Below, piece after piece: positions 1-11,342 of a stretch of 64,000 bases of DNA. The stretch comes from Nibricoccus sp. (lineage in GTDB: Bacteria > Verrucomicrobiota > Verrucomicrobiia > Opitutales > Opitutaceae). The stretch spans positions 4,608,001-4,672,000 of the forward strand of contig JASGHG010000001.1 in assembly GCA_047602425.1 (NCBI GenBank), in the 5' to 3' direction. The notes beneath the pieces were generated by a model. The model was given only the letters and a program-made list of their open reading frames with translations, made no database searches and was not told where the DNA came from. The stretch's first letter is position 1; each line of letters begins with the position of its first letter. Made by a program: the position numbers and the translations under genes.

Positions 1-212
1 CGTTGGCGGTTTTGAAGGGTAAGTCTCTGCGCGATAGTCGCGTCGGGAGCTGGCCTGAGGGGAATCCCTCTCATTAGCTAAACTGCCAGGGTTCATTACC
101 CCGGCGTATGGATGGGCGCGGACTGAGGATCCCATTTGTAAGAAATAGGGTGATTTGAGCTATTTGACGTTCCGGCTTTCAGACACGTAACCGGAATACC
201 GATACAAAGATC

Positions 213-1607
213 ATGCGCAAATTCCGAAATTCACTCGTAGCCTTGCTGGTGGCCGTCACCACCGCCAGTGCTCAGGAAAAAAAGGCCGATGCGGCTCCGA
301 CTTCCCAGCCGGCGACGCCGCCAGCCGCTTTCGCCTTCGGCGGTGATGTGCGCCTTCGCTACGAGGCATACGACGGCGTGCATACTTTGAATTGCGATGC
401 GCCTTTTCACGATCGCGATTACTTCCGTTTGCGCACGCGAGTCTGGGCTAACTACAACATTGTTCCGACATTTTCCGTCTACGGTCGGGTTGCGGCCGAA
501 CCACGTTATTGGTTTAACAACTCGACGGTAGCCGGCGAGGGCAAGGAATGGAAATACGCGATTCTCGATAACCTCTACGCGAAATGGAGCACAAATCTCC
601 CAGGCAAACTTCCTGTAACGGTTACCGCGGGACGCCAGGACATTCAACTTGGTGACCAGTGGCTCGTGAGCGATGGCAGCCCATGCGATGGTTCGTGGAC
701 CAATTATTTCGATGGTCTGCGCGCCACGCTCGAAGTCCCGGCAATCAAGACAAAGTTCGACGTCATCAGTTTCAAGCAGCAGGCGCATCCGAAGGATCAG
801 TTTCCGATTCTTGGGCGTCAGGGTTCGTATGTTCTTACCGACCAGGACGAATTTGGGGCAATTGTCTACGCGACGAACAAATCCATTAAGAACCTCCAAA
901 TCGAAGGCTATGCGATCTACAAGGAGGATATCCGCGCGGTAAGTACGAGCAACGATGGCGCCGTTTCTACAGTAGGCGCACGCGTCGCCGGCACGCCGGC
1001 GCCAAAGTGGCTGTATTCTGTCGAAGCCGCCTGGCAATGGGGCCGCCGCGACCTCCCTATTCGGTTTCCGCTGTCGAGCACCGGCAAGCGCGACGTCGAA
1101 GCTTATGGTTGGAACGCCAAGTTGACCTATAGTTTCAAGGACAAGCTCGCGAACCAGATCACGCTCCTAACCGAATATCTTTCCGGCGATGATCCCGACA
1201 CCGCTGATACCGATGAAATGTTCGACGTGCTTTGGGGCCGCTATCCGCGCCTCGGAGAAACGTGGAACGTCACGTACGCGGTGGAGACCAGCGGACGCAC
1301 CGGCCAGTATCAGAATCTCATGAAGTACGGCGTGCAATGGGCGATCTCGCCTACCAAGACGACCTCCCTTTCCACGATGTACTGCGCGCTGTTCGCCCCG
1401 CAGGAAGTGCCGACTCGCTCGACCAACAACACCCGCTTCAGTCGCACGGGAAATTTCCGTGGCCATCAAGTGCAGGTGATTGCGAAACAGAAGATCACCA
1501 AAGAACTCAGCGCCCTGGTCCTGGCTGAGGTCGCGTTCCTCGGCGACTTCTACACGCAGCGCGACACCGTGACATTCTATCGCGCGGAACTGATGTATAC
1601 GTTTTGA
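213..1607 (+). CDS. Alginate-export (AlgE-like) outer-membrane beta-barrel protein
   Basis: Signal peptide; N-terminal GGDVRLRYE...RLRTR, GRQDIQLGD, FDGLR and YLSGDDP motifs; C-terminal aromatic residue (ELMYTF). Confidence 0.75.
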   Translation: MRKFRNSLVALLVAVTTASAQEKKADAAPTSQPATPPAAFAFGGDVRLRYEAYDGVHTLNCDAPFHDRDYFRLRTRVWANYNIVPTFSVYGRVAAEPRYWFNNSTVAGEGKEWKYAILDNLYAKWSTNLPGKLPVTVTAGRQDIQLGDQWLVSDGSPCDGSWTNYFDGLRATLEVPAIKTKFDVISFKQQAHPKDQFPILGRQGSYVLTDQDEFGAIVYATNKSIKNLQIEGYAIYKEDIRAVSTSNDGAVSTVGARVAGTPAPKWLYSVEAAWQWGRRDLPIRFPLSSTGKRDVEAYGWNAKLTYSFKDKLANQITLLTEYLSGDDPDTADTDEMFDVLWGRYPRLGETWNVTYAVETSGRTGQYQNLMKYGVQWAISPTKTTSLSTMYCALFAPQEVPTRSTNNTRFSRTGNFRGHQVQVIAKQKITKELSALVLAEVAFLGDFYTQRDTVTFYRAELMYTF

Positions 1608-1622
1608 CGTGATCGATTTTCC

Positions 1623-1656
1623 AAAAGGCGCGATCCTCGAAGATCGCGCCTTTTTT
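1623..1656 (+). terminator. Intrinsic terminator after the porin gene
   Basis: AAAAGGCGCGATC-ctcgaa-GATCGCGCCTTTTTT perfect stem followed by a T-tract. Confidence 0.8.
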
Positions 1657-1710
1657 GTTGGCAGAATAAATTCCAATCATGTGATCAAGTCGCCATCAGC
1701 GCCGACCCAC

Positions 1711-2721
1711 ATGAAACCGTTCCTCGCCGCCTCCGACAAACGTCTTCGTTACGAAGGTCGTATCGATTGGTCTGATACATCCAAGCCCGTGTTGATTTGG
1801 CAGGGGACTACGGTGGAGATCGTCTTCGAAGGTTCTGAACTGATCTTGCATTTCGGCGCCTGCCGTGGAGTGGTTTGTTTCGATCTCGAAGTTGATGGAA
1901 TGTCCACTCTTGTGGAGCTCGCGCAGGCGAACTCTCCGTGCGAGTTCAGATTTCCAAAAGCGTTGCATGCAGGTGCACATCGGATGGTTTTGCTCAAACG
2001 CACCGAAGCCGATGTTGGACACGTGGTTTTCCAGGGAATTAGCCTTCAAGCTGGAGCCGACGTGTCGATGCCGCCCGAGACGGAGTCCGGCCTGGCGATG
2101 CAGTTTTTCGGCGATTCGATCACGGCCGGAGCATGCAGCGAAGACGGTGCGGTCGACCAGTGGGAAACGTTTGCGACGCACAACAATGCCCGGAGCTACG
2201 CCGCGCTGACGGCAAAAGTTTTTGGAGCTCGTTATCGCAATATCGCCGTGAGCGGCATGGGGGTGGTGGTTGGTTATGTTCCGAAGGTCGCCAGTGAAAT
2301 CTGGGATCGTTTATATCCGGTGCCGGATTCGCCGGAAGCGGAGGAGTTTGATTGGAATCCCAATCTGGTATTCGTGAACTACGGCGAAAATGACGATTCG
2401 TTTTCGCGAAACCAAGCCTTGGATTTCCCGGCCGCATTTGCGGACGCTTACGTGAGGCTCGTGCGGAACATGCGGAAGAAATATCCGCATGCGGAATTCG
2501 TTTTGTTGCGTGGCGGTATGTTCGGCGGAGCGCGAAGCGAGGCGTTGCGTCAAGCGTGGGAGAACGCGGTTGCACTGCTCAAAACGACCGATCTGCGCTT
2601 ACACTCTTTTGTCTTCAACCATTGGTCTGACTGGCACCCGCGCGTGAGCGATCACCAAGCCATGGCCGGCGAGCTGATCGCGTGGCTGAAAACGCAGCCA
2701 TTTATGAAGCGATTGGGATGA
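1711..2721 (+). CDS. SGNH/GDSL hydrolase, CE2-like carbohydrate acetyl esterase
   Basis: GDSITAG, AVSGMG, GEND and DWHP motifs plus an N-terminal YEGRID domain. Start moved to ATG 1711 because the longer ORF overlaps the terminator. Confidence 0.8.
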   Translation: MKPFLAASDKRLRYEGRIDWSDTSKPVLIWQGTTVEIVFEGSELILHFGACRGVVCFDLEVDGMSTLVELAQANSPCEFRFPKALHAGAHRMVLLKRTEADVGHVVFQGISLQAGADVSMPPETESGLAMQFFGDSITAGACSEDGAVDQWETFATHNNARSYAALTAKVFGARYRNIAVSGMGVVVGYVPKVASEIWDRLYPVPDSPEAEEFDWNPNLVFVNYGENDDSFSRNQALDFPAAFADAYVRLVRNMRKKYPHAEFVLLRGGMFGGARSEALRQAWENAVALLKTTDLRLHSFVFNHWSDWHPRVSDHQAMAGELIAWLKTQPFMKRLG

Positions 2722-2789
2722 GCGGCTGACTGAAAGTCCCGTGATCTACCCAACCATCGCGGCGTAAGGCGCCTCTCCAGGCGGACATG

Positions 2790-2819
2790 AAAAAGGCGCG
2801 ACCTTTTTTGGGTCACGCC
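2790..2819 (-). terminator. Intrinsic terminator after ETF-alpha
   Basis: Minus strand GGCGTGACC-N7-GGTCGCGCC-TTTTT. Confidence 0.65.
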
Positions 2820-2848
2820 GATTGGCGGTGGTAAGTTGTATAGGAGAA

Positions 2849-3877
2849 CTACTTAGCGCCTAGCAGTTCGTTGACTTTGCGCATGACGGCGAAGCTGTCG
2901 GCGACGTAGAGGACGTCGGCTTTGCCCTGGGCCCAACTGCATGCGGCGTTCAGATTGATCGCGCGGCGTTCGTTGATAAAGCGCCAGCCGACTGTGTGCG
3001 GTTCTTCGCCGTGGCAGCAGGTCGCGAGCCCTTTCGGGTGGCGAGGTGTCGAACCAGTCTGACCAATCTGGTTGAGGTGTGTCATGAAGGTGAGCACTGT
3101 TTGGCCTTCGCCACTGAGGTCGACGAGCGATTTGGTGCTTCCGAGCGAGGCTTTGGCTTTGCCGAGGAATCCCAAGATGAGTTTTTCCGCCTCGTCGGCG
3201 TGGGCCTGGCCGTCGGCCTGCTTCTTGGTCCAACCGGCGCCGGCGACAAAAAGGAGTTTGGCGTCAGGGCGGATGGTTTGGGCATCGGCCGCGGGGGCTT
3301 GCACGCCTGTGACTGTTGTGCGAAGCGCGGGCAAGGCGGTGGCGATTGGTTCGAGTGCGACGGAGCCAGCGGCGCCAGCAAAGGCGGCGGAACAGCCGGA
3401 CTCGAGCAGGACGATCCAGGGACGTTGCGTGCGTGTGAGCACGCCTTCCATGCGTTGGCGATAATACCAGCGGGTGACGGAGAGCTTGCCGTCGGCGGCG
3501 CTCAGGCCAGTGGCATGGGTATCGATGCGACCTCCGAGACGTTGGGCGGCGCCAGCCATCACGCGATTCCAGCGCGAAGTGGCGGGACCGACGATGATCG
3601 TAGCGGAAGCGGCTTTGCCGAGGGCTTCGACGGCGACGACATCGCTTGCGTATCGGGCTTGCGCAAAGTCAGCGCCGGCGACGCTGAGAAAGCGCGTAGC
3701 GCCGCAAGCGGCAATCTGGTTGGCGGCGGCTTGCACGTCGGCGCCGACGAGACCGGCGACGAACGTCGATCCGGCGAGCGAGGCTGCGAGGGCTTTGGCG
3801 GCACCGAGCGATTCGAGCGCGGCTTTGGGCAGCGAGCCATCGGCTTCGGTGTGGGCGAGAAAGAGAATGGTTTCCAT
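2849..3877 (-). CDS. Electron transfer flavoprotein alpha subunit (FixB/EtfA family, divergent)
   Basis: ETF N-terminal fold sequence, VAGAGW, LGSTKSLVD and QIGQTG motifs; directly downstream of ETF-beta. Confidence 0.8.
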   Translation of the reverse strand: METILFLAHTEADGSLPKAALESLGAAKALAASLAGSTFVAGLVGADVQAAANQIAACGATRFLSVAGADFAQARYASDVVAVEALGKAASATIIVGPATSRWNRVMAGAAQRLGGRIDTHATGLSAADGKLSVTRWYYRQRMEGVLTRTQRPWIVLLESGCSAAFAGAAGSVALEPIATALPALRTTVTGVQAPAADAQTIRPDAKLLFVAGAGWTKKQADGQAHADEAEKLILGFLGKAKASLGSTKSLVDLSGEGQTVLTFMTHLNQIGQTGSTPRHPKGLATCCHGEEPHTVGWRFINERRAINLNAACSWAQGKADVLYVADSFAVMRKVNELLGAK

Positions 3878-3892
3878 GGCGAAGGAGTTTAG

Positions 3893-3973
3893 TTTTACGG
3901 GAGGAAACAGAGAGAACGAAGGAGGGTGTTTTTTCGGATTGGCGCTTCGTTTCCTTCGTTAACTTCTGTAAAA
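3893..3973. repeat. Paired inverted 9-nt-period repeat element
   Basis: Left arm TTTTACGGGAGGAAACAGAGAGAACGAAG; right arm reverse complement TTTTACAGAAGTTAACGAAGGAAACGAAG. Confidence 0.75.
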
Positions 3974-3984
3974 AGGTTTTGGTT

Positions 3985-4797
3985 TTATTCTTTGCCGATC
4001 CACTCGACGATTTCGGCGGCGATGGCTTCAGGGGTCATGTCCTTGACGATTTTTGTCTCGCGACGTTGTTTCGGCAAATTCACACCAGCAAAGGCGAGAC
4101 CTTCACCGGCAAGCTTGACCGTTTTGGCTTTTTGCAGGGCGGGCATGACGGTGCGCATGTTGAGCATGCCGACTTGGGGATTATTGGCTGGTTCGGGAAG
4201 ATTGCCGGTGGCCCAGCCGAGCAAAGCGGGCAGGGCGGAGCAAGTGGAGACCTGGTGTTTGCCGCCCTCGATGCGCTCGAGGACTTTGAAAGAGCCGTCG
4301 GATTGGACGGTAAGCTGGTCCACGCCTTGAAATTGGTCCGTGATGCCAAGGCACTCGCCGATCATCTGCATGGTGGCGCCGGCCCCGCGCGAGGCGGATT
4401 CCCAACCACCGAAGACAAACAATTTTGTCTTATCAAGGCCGGGGATCGTGGCGATGGCTTCAGAAAGGGCGGCGGCGGTTTCGCTTGCGTCGGTGAAACC
4501 GCTCGCGGGACCGTCGATGGCGACCAGTTCGAAGGGGACTTTCTGCGCGATGGTCATCATGACCTGCTGGAGCTTCGCCTTGGGTCCCATGCTAACGAAC
4601 CAAACTTTGGTGCCGGGGTTTTGTTTAGCCAAATTGGCCGCCTCGAAGAGCGCATGGCCGGCCCAAGGGTCGAGCACGGCGGGCAGCATCATTTCGTTTT
4701 TGAGGGCGGGACCGGTCGGGGAAGCGACGGGTTCGAGCGTTTGCAGCGGATCGGGTACGAGACTGCCGCAGACAACGATTTGGTAAGCAGTTGGCAT
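3985..4797 (-). CDS. Electron transfer flavoprotein beta subunit (FixA/EtfB family, divergent)
   Basis: IVVCGSLVPDP, DPWAGHALFEA, VSMGP and ERIEGG motifs; 270 aa. Confidence 0.8.
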   Translation of the reverse strand: MPTAYQIVVCGSLVPDPLQTLEPVASPTGPALKNEMMLPAVLDPWAGHALFEAANLAKQNPGTKVWFVSMGPKAKLQQVMMTIAQKVPFELVAIDGPASGFTDASETAAALSEAIATIPGLDKTKLFVFGGWESASRGAGATMQMIGECLGITDQFQGVDQLTVQSDGSFKVLERIEGGKHQVSTCSALPALLGWATGNLPEPANNPQVGMLNMRTVMPALQKAKTVKLAGEGLAFAGVNLPKQRRETKIVKDMTPEAIAAEIVEWIGKE

Positions 4798-5053
4798 AAG
4801 ATTATGATTTAAAACGAGTAATGGCGTTTGAGGCTGTAATTGGCGGGGCTGCTGGGAGACGTTTCTGAGCCTTTGCCAGAAATTCGAAGGACCGGTGATC
4901 CTGCCGACGGAAAATCAAGGGCGGCAAACAAAATTCCTGCGCATTTGTTGACTTAATCACCCCGAAAATGCGCCGAAGAAGAAGATATATCGTTTTGCTG
5001 ACGAAACAATTCCGCTGATCCAGTCACTTGCAATTGCAACGCCATTTTCCGAT

Positions 5054-8000
5054 TTGAAAGCCCCATTTACCAGCCCGCGCGCTTGCCGAACCATTCGTAC
5101 CCTCCTAGGCGGGCTTCTTTTTTTACGGCTGGTCTTTCCGTTGTGGGCGCTCAATCCGGTGCGCGATGCGAGCAGTTACACCATTCGCGGCTGGTTCACC
5201 GAACACGGTCTTCCCTCCAACAAAATCCGGGCGGTTACGCAGGCGCGTGACGGCTATTTGTGGGCGGCGACGGCGCAGGGCATTGCGCGATTCGACGGCA
5301 GCCATTTCACGGTCTTCAACGGGAGCAGCAATCCAGAGCTGCGCGGCGGCGGATTTTTTGCCGTGCTGGAAGGATTGGATGGTACTCTCTGGTTCGGTGG
5401 CGACAACGGGCTTTTTCGCTGGCGCGACGGTTTTTTTGACCGCTTCACCGCGGAGGACGGCCTCGGCAACAACTATGTGCGCTCATTGTTCCTGGCGAAG
5501 GATGGAAGCGTCGTGGTCTGCACGCGAACGGGCATTTCGTTTATGCGCGATGGCAAAATCACCACGCCCGCAGGGGAGTGGAAGCAGCCCACCGGCGTGG
5601 TCCGCGGTTATCTTGAGCGTGCGGACGGGAGCATTTGGATTGCCGGCACGCGGCTTTGGCGCCTGGCCGGCGGCAAGGCGGAGGTTATGTCCGACAAGTA
5701 TGGCGTCCCCGGCGAAAATTTCACCAGCGCTATAGAACGAGCGGATGGTTCGGTCTGGACGAGTTCCACCGCCGGTGTGTTTTGCATTCGCCCGGATGGC
5801 AAGGTGGAGAAATACGGCGTAGCAGAGGGATTGTTGAACACGCGCGTTTCCGACATGCGCTTCGATCGCGACGGCGGCTTGTGGATCAGCACAAACGGAG
5901 GGTTGTTCCGACTTCACCAAGGCAAAGTGCAACAGGCGAATTTTCCACAGCATTTTGGACAATCGTTTTTGCAACAAGTCTACGAGGACGGGGAGGGAAG
6001 CCTGTGGGTGGCGAGCGCGATAGGTTTGTTTCAATTGACGGACTCCATGTCGACGAGCATCGGCCTTGAGGACGGGCTGGGACAGCTGGCGACCTATTCC
6101 GTGATGGAAGCGAGCGATGGCAAAATTTGGATAGGCCTGTGGGGCGGCGGACTTTATTTTTGGGACGGGCAAAAGGCAGCGCGTTTGCAGGCGCCCGGTG
6201 GCGAAGACATGGTGCAGGTCCTTAGCATAGCGGAGACTTCTGGCGGTAAGCTGTGGATCGGTGCGGTAAACGGCCTGTATTTATACGACGGCACCGAGGT
6301 CAAAAATTTCTACCAGCAAGCCAGGCAAAGCGAATGGCGCAAGCACATGCAGGATGATCCCGGCGTGGCGCTTCCCGGTCTGGCGCATCCCAGGGTTAAC
6401 TCGATTGCCATGGACGGTCCCGCTGCAATGTGGGCGGCTTGCGATGGAGGGCTCTACAACTGGCGTGACGGCGCTTTTCACGCGTACATGTATTTGCCCG
6501 GACTCGGCAGCAACACGTTCAAGGCTGTCACCCGTGCACGCAACGGCGACGTGTGGGTGACCGTGCCGCCCGCGGGCGTGGCCCGCTTTCGCGAAGGGCG
6601 TTGGTCGGTGTTTCACTGTGGCCAGGAGATTTCGGACGTGGCTCCACGCGCGGTCTACGAAGACTCCGCCGGCACGATCTGGGTGACCACGGAAGGAGGC
6701 GGGCTCAATCGTTTCAAGGACGGGCATTGGAAAATCTTTTCGACGCGCGATGGGCTGGCGGACGATTTCATCGCGGGCATTATCGAGGACGGTGCAGGTT
6801 ATTATTGGGTGGCTTGTCCCAGAGGTTTCATGCGGATCGAACACGAAGAATTCGATGCCGTCGCGCAGGGGCGCCGCGCCGCGCTGGATCCGCGGCTGTT
6901 CAATCGTCACGACGGGCTGAACGCGGTGGAATGCAACATGCAAGGCTACCCCAACGCCTGCCGTTCTCGCTCGGGCGATTTGTTTTTCGCCACCGATCGC
7001 GGCGTGGCGATCGTTCATCCCGAACAAGTAATTATCAACAAGAAGCCGACGCCGGTGCACATCGAGCAGGTTCAGATCAACGGCAGCGCCGTCTCGCCGG
7101 TGGATGGCATAAAGGTTCCGCCCGGGAGCACCGACCTGCAGATTTACTACACGGGGATCAACATGCTTTCCGCGGAAAAAGTCCGTTTCCGGGTGAAACT
7201 TTCGCCGCTCGACAACGATTGGGTGGATGTCGGCGGCCGCCGTAGTATGCGATACGACCGGCTGCCTCCGGGGCGCTACCGGTTCCAAGTATCCGCCTGC
7301 AACAACAACGGCATCTGGAATGAAAAATGGGCCCAACTCGATTTCACCGTGCAGGCGTTTTTCTACCAAACCGTTTGGTTTTATATTTTCATCGGTCTGC
7401 TGGCCGGAGGCGCGGGTTATATCATTCATCTGGTTCGCGTGCGGCAGGCGCGTTTGCGCAACGAGGAGCTCGAACAGATTGTCGAAACGCGGACACATGA
7501 GCTGCGCCAGGCCAAAGAATCGGCCGAAACAGCCGCCAAGGCCAAAAGCGAGTTTCTCGCCAACATGAGCCACGAGATCCGCACGCCGATGAATGGTGTG
7601 ATCGGCATGACCGGTCTGCTCCTCGACACCCGGCTCGACGCCCAGCAGTACGAGTATGCGAACACCGCGCGCAACAGCGCCGACGCCCTTCTCACCATCG
7701 TCAACGACATCCTGGATTTCTCCAAGATCGAGGCGGGCAAACTCGCTTTCGAAACCCTCGACTTCAACCTTCACGAAGTGGTCGAAAGCACCCGCGACAT
7801 GCTTGTTGGCCAGGCCCTGCGGAAAAACATTGAGCTGGCCAGCTTTATCGCGCCGGACGTGCCCCGGCGCTTGCGCGGCGATCCTGGTCGATTGCGACAG
7901 GTTTTGCTCAATCTGCTGAGCAACGCCATCAAGTTCACCGAGAACGGCGACGTCGTGATTCGCGTCATGCGGGAGGCCGAGGCCGGAGAGAAGGCGCGGA

Positions 8001-9151
8001 TACGCATCGAAGTTATCGACGCAGGTATTGGCATAGCCGAAGACACGATTTCGAAGCTTTTCCGACCGTTCAACCAGGCGGACAACTCGACGACGCGCAA
8101 ATATGGCGGCACGGGGCTGGGACTCGCGATTGCCAAGCAGCTGGTGGCGATGATGCAGGGCGAAATCGGTGTGAAAAGCACACCGGGCAAAGGATCTTCC
8201 TTTTGGTTTACCGCTCAGTTCGAAAAACAAAAAGGTCCGATGACCCCGCCCCGACACCTGACGCAGGATTTCGATGGCGTGCGCATCCTAATCGTCGACG
8301 ACAATGCGACCAATCGTTTGATCTTCACGCAGCAACTCAGCGCCTGGCACATCGATCGCGACGCCGTGGCATCGGGTCGTGAGGCCTTGACGATTTTGCG
8401 TCAGGCGGCGGTTTCGGGGCGTCCCTACAAAATTGCAATGCTCGACATGCAAATGCCCGAGATGGATGGCCTGATGCTGGCACGCGCCATCAAGGCCGAT
8501 CCAACGATTGCGGCGACGAAAATTCTCATTCTTACATCCTCCGGACTCGTGCACAGCAGCGAGGAAATGCGGGACGCTGGCGTCGAGCTTTACCTCGTAA
8601 AACCGGTGAAGCAGTCGCAGTTGTACTCGGCACTCCTCAACGTGGTTTCCAACAGCGGAGCGCCGGAAGACGAGGATGACGAAACAGCGGAACCGGTTGT
8701 AAGCACCAAGGGGAAGGAGCTTGGGGCTTTGCCGCGAATCCGCATTCTGATTGCCGAAGACAATCGCGTGAACCAAAAAGTCGCGCTCGGCTTGCTGACC
8801 AAAATCAAATGCAATGCGGACGTGGTCGCCAATGGCTTCGAGGTTCTAGCCGCGCTGCAACGTATTCAGTACGACGTCATTTTCATGGATTGCCAGATGC
8901 CGGAAATGGACGGTTACGAAGCGACGCAGGCCATCCGGCGCATGGAAACCGATCCAGGACAAAAATGCCCGTGGAAAGGCCCCGTACATATCATCGCGAT
9001 GACTGCAAATGCGATGCAGGGCGACCGTGAGAAATGTCTGGCGGTCGGGATGAACGATTACGTCAGCAAGCCGGTACGCGTGACCGAGCTTCACGCCGCC
9101 CTGAGCCGCTGGAAGCCGAGGACCGATACCGTGCCTCCAATTCCGCGCTGA
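5054..9151 (+). CDS. Hybrid sensor histidine kinase: beta-propeller + Y_Y_Y + TM + HisKA/HATPase + two receiver domains
   Basis: Repeated GL..N.V...D.DG.LW propeller blades, [30 protein letters not shown] and two REC domains. TTG start is uncertain. Confidence 0.9.
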   Translation: MKAPFTSPRACRTIRTLLGGLLFLRLVFPLWALNPVRDASSYTIRGWFTEHGLPSNKIRAVTQARDGYLWAATAQGIARFDGSHFTVFNGSSNPELRGGGFFAVLEGLDGTLWFGGDNGLFRWRDGFFDRFTAEDGLGNNYVRSLFLAKDGSVVVCTRTGISFMRDGKITTPAGEWKQPTGVVRGYLERADGSIWIAGTRLWRLAGGKAEVMSDKYGVPGENFTSAIERADGSVWTSSTAGVFCIRPDGKVEKYGVAEGLLNTRVSDMRFDRDGGLWISTNGGLFRLHQGKVQQANFPQHFGQSFLQQVYEDGEGSLWVASAIGLFQLTDSMSTSIGLEDGLGQLATYSVMEASDGKIWIGLWGGGLYFWDGQKAARLQAPGGEDMVQVLSIAETSGGKLWIGAVNGLYLYDGTEVKNFYQQARQSEWRKHMQDDPGVALPGLAHPRVNSIAMDGPAAMWAACDGGLYNWRDGAFHAYMYLPGLGSNTFKAVTRARNGDVWVTVPPAGVARFREGRWSVFHCGQEISDVAPRAVYEDSAGTIWVTTEGGGLNRFKDGHWKIFSTRDGLADDFIAGIIEDGAGYYWVACPRGFMRIEHEEFDAVAQGRRAALDPRLFNRHDGLNAVECNMQGYPNACRSRSGDLFFATDRGVAIVHPEQVIINKKPTPVHIEQVQINGSAVSPVDGIKVPPGSTDLQIYYTGINMLSAEKVRFRVKLSPLDNDWVDVGGRRSMRYDRLPPGRYRFQVSACNNNGIWNEKWAQLDFTVQAFFYQTVWFYIFIGLLAGGAGYIIHLVRVRQARLRNEELEQIVETRTHELRQAKESAETAAKAKSEFLANMSHEIRTPMNGVIGMTGLLLDTRLDAQQYEYANTARNSADALLTIVNDILDFSKIEAGKLAFETLDFNLHEVVESTRDMLVGQALRKNIELASFIAPDVPRRLRGDPGRLRQVLLNLLSNAIKFTENGDVVIRVMREAEAGEKARIRIEVIDAGIGIAEDTISKLFRPFNQADNSTTRKYGGTGLGLAIAKQLVAMMQGEIGVKSTPGKGSSFWFTAQFEKQKGPMTPPRHLTQDFDGVRILIVDDNATNRLIFTQQLSAWHIDRDAVASGREALTILRQAAVSGRPYKIAMLDMQMPEMDGLMLARAIKADPTIAATKILILTSSGLVHSSEEMRDAGVELYLVKPVKQSQLYSALLNVVSNSGAPEDEDDETAEPVVSTKGKELGALPRIRILIAEDNRVNQKVALGLLTKIKCNADVVANGFEVLAALQRIQYDVIFMDCQMPEMDGYEATQAIRRMETDPGQKCPWKGPVHIIAMTANAMQGDREKCLAVGMNDYVSKPVRVTELHAALSRWKPRTDTVPPIPR

Positions 9152-9190
9152 TGGTTGGCGAATTGTGCTGCGGCTATCGGTTTGGAAAAT

Positions 9191-10309
9191 TCAGTCCTTG
9201 GTTACACCAGCTGGTTTAGCATCGAGCACGAAAGAAGGATTGTAGCCAGCCGGTTTTTCGCCTACCGCCACTCCACCGGTGAGCATGGCTTGCATGCCCG
9301 GAGTGAAAAACGTGTAGGGAAAACGCGGTGCCGGCGCGCTGACTTGGTCGAGACGTTGGCGAAGGGGAGAGGGGATTTCAAAATCGAGCGATTGCAAATT
9401 GTCCTCCAACTGGGCCAGCTTGGTTGCGCCGAGCATCACGGTGGCGACGCCTGGACGGTTGGCCACCCAGTTGACCGCGACCTGCGCCATGCTCCGGCCT
9501 AGCTCCTTGGCGATGTTTTCAAGTTCGGCGACGATAGCCCAATTGCGTTCGGTAAACTTGGCGAACGCAGGATTGCCGCTGTTGGCGAGCGCCGTGAGAC
9601 GGCCATCTCCGGACTGAAACGAGCCACCCTGCGAAGGCTTGTATTTGCCGCTGAGCAGGCCGCTGCCGAGCGGACTCCAAACCATCGTGCCCATGCCATG
9701 CGTGGTGCCGAGGGGAATGAATTCGTCTTCAATGCCCCGCTCGACGAGTGAATATTCGAGCTGGAGAGCGGAAAGTTTTTCGTAGCCACGCCACTCGGCG
9801 ACGGCCTGCGCCCGCGATGCATACCACGCCGGCACGTCGCTCAGCCCGACATGACGAACCTTTCCAGACCGTACAAGATCGTCGAACGTGCGCATCACTT
9901 CTTCAACGGGTGTCAAACGGTCCCACGTGTGCAGCAGGTAAAGGTCAATATAGTCGGTGCCGAGTCGTTTGAGCGAACCTTCGACGGCAGCGAGGATGTG
10001 TTTGCGGCCGTTACCGCCGGCGTTGGGATTTCCGGGCGAATCGTTGTAGGAAAATTTTGTGGCGATAACCACGCGTTCGCGAGCGCCCGCTTCGCGTACG
10101 AATTGGCCGAGCCAACGTTCGCTGTTGCCATTGGTGTAGAGATCAGCGGTGTCGAAAAAGTTTCCGCCGGAAGCAAGATAGCGATCGAACATCGCGCGGG
10201 CCGTCGTCTGGTCTGCGCCCCAACCCCAATCAGTTCCGAAGGTCATGGTGCCGAGGGCAAGACGTGAAACGCGAAGGCCGGAATTTCCAAGAGTATAGTA
10301 AGTGGTCAT
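9191..10309 (-). CDS. Aldo/keto reductase
   Basis: LGNSGLRVSRLALGTMTFG, FDTADLY, SLKRLGTDYIDLY and WSPLGSGLL motifs. Confidence 0.92.
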   Translation of the reverse strand: MTTYYTLGNSGLRVSRLALGTMTFGTDWGWGADQTTARAMFDRYLASGGNFFDTADLYTNGNSERWLGQFVREAGARERVVIATKFSYNDSPGNPNAGGNGRKHILAAVEGSLKRLGTDYIDLYLLHTWDRLTPVEEVMRTFDDLVRSGKVRHVGLSDVPAWYASRAQAVAEWRGYEKLSALQLEYSLVERGIEDEFIPLGTTHGMGTMVWSPLGSGLLSGKYKPSQGGSFQSGDGRLTALANSGNPAFAKFTERNWAIVAELENIAKELGRSMAQVAVNWVANRPGVATVMLGATKLAQLEDNLQSLDFEIPSPLRQRLDQVSAPAPRFPYTFFTPGMQAMLTGGVAVGEKPAGYNPSFVLDAKPAGVTKD

Positions 10310-10409
10310 GGCTTAAGATTTGTTGCGGACACAGCGTACTCCCATCGGGCTTCGTTGGAAATGGACGCACTTCAGACTGACTTGGATTTTTCTCAGAATG
10401 AATGCCGGC

Positions 10410-11342
10410 CTAAGCAGCGGCACCCAGCTGATAATCGCGAGGAGAAACGCCGACCGACTTTTTGAACAACCGGCTGAAGTAGGCTTCATCGTCGTAACCG
10501 AGTTCGGCGGCGACCTCTTTCACAGCGCGGGTGGTATTTCCCAGCAGGCACTGTGCCTCAAGAATTACGCGGGCTCTTATCCACTCGCCAGGAGGAAGAC
10601 CGGACGCGGCGCGCACGGCTGTGGCGAAGTGATTGGGATGCACACCGAGTTGCATGGCATAGTTGGCCGGACTTTTTTCCTCGCGAAAACGCGATTCCAG
10701 CGCGGACCGAAAGCGTTGGTAAATGCGTCCGTTGGCGTCGAGATAAACCGGACAAACGCAACGCTCCGCGGCCTCCTCGAGTCGGACGACGATCAATTGA
10801 AGCAACAGCCGCAAGGCGCGGACGGAGGGCGCGGGCTGGCGTTTCCATTCATTTTCAAGAGCGGTAAATAACGCAAAAAGTGCGTCGAACTCTTCGGAGG
10901 TGAGATGGAGAAACGGCGCTCGTTCCCATTGAAAAATCGAGGAGTGTCGGAGCGTTTCCTTATCGCCCAGATTCTCGACAAACAGTGCTTCGCTAAAACT
11001 CAGTGCGAATCCGCGATCTCGCGTGCTCCAACCACGACTGGAGTGAATCTGACCTGGCGGAACGAAAAACGCAGTGGGCGGGCGGAGTTGGAAAGAAGCG
11101 AGTCCCGTGGTGCAAGTGGCATGACCTCGCGAAACCAGTCCAATGAAGTAAAACTGGAAACGAGTCGGCAAAACACCCGATCCAAACGCCTTCACCGCTT
11201 CCTCGGTGCGCTCAAGGTAAAAACCATCTATTTGGGGCAATCCATGAGCCGAGCGTTTGTGCGCTCCTGCGGCGGATGACTTGCGATGGAGGAGATGAAA
11301 CTCCGGCAAGGGCAACGGGCGTAGGCTGACATCGCGTGGCAT
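10410..11342 (-). CDS. AraC-family transcriptional regulator
   Basis: Cupin-like N-terminus (PGQIHS) and AraC HTH (VKEVAAELGYDDEAYFSRLFKKSVGVSPRDY). Start is ATG 11342 or 11357; the longer ORF track overlaps the upstream gene. Confidence 0.85.
   Translation of the reverse strand: MPRDVSLRPLPLPEFHLLHRKSSAAGAHKRSAHGLPQIDGFYLERTEEAVKAFGSGVLPTRFQFYFIGLVSRGHATCTTGLASFQLRPPTAFFVPPGQIHSSRGWSTRDRGFALSFSEALFVENLGDKETLRHSSIFQWERAPFLHLTSEEFDALFALFTALENEWKRQPAPSVRALRLLLQLIVVRLEEAAERCVCPVYLDANGRIYQRFRSALESRFREEKSPANYAMQLGVHPNHFATAVRAASGLPPGEWIRARVILEAQCLLGNTTRAVKEVAAELGYDDEAYFSRLFKKSVGVSPRDYQLGAAA

Noticed and set aside
1..212. Several short hairpins upstream of the porin gene, possible riboswitch
   Set aside because: No match to TPP, cobalamin, c-di-GMP or other aptamer cores that I can recognise; an Rfam scan would be needed.
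6281..8257. 658-aa minus-strand ORF
   Set aside because: Antisense shadow of the hybrid kinase, common in GC-rich DNA, with no motifs.
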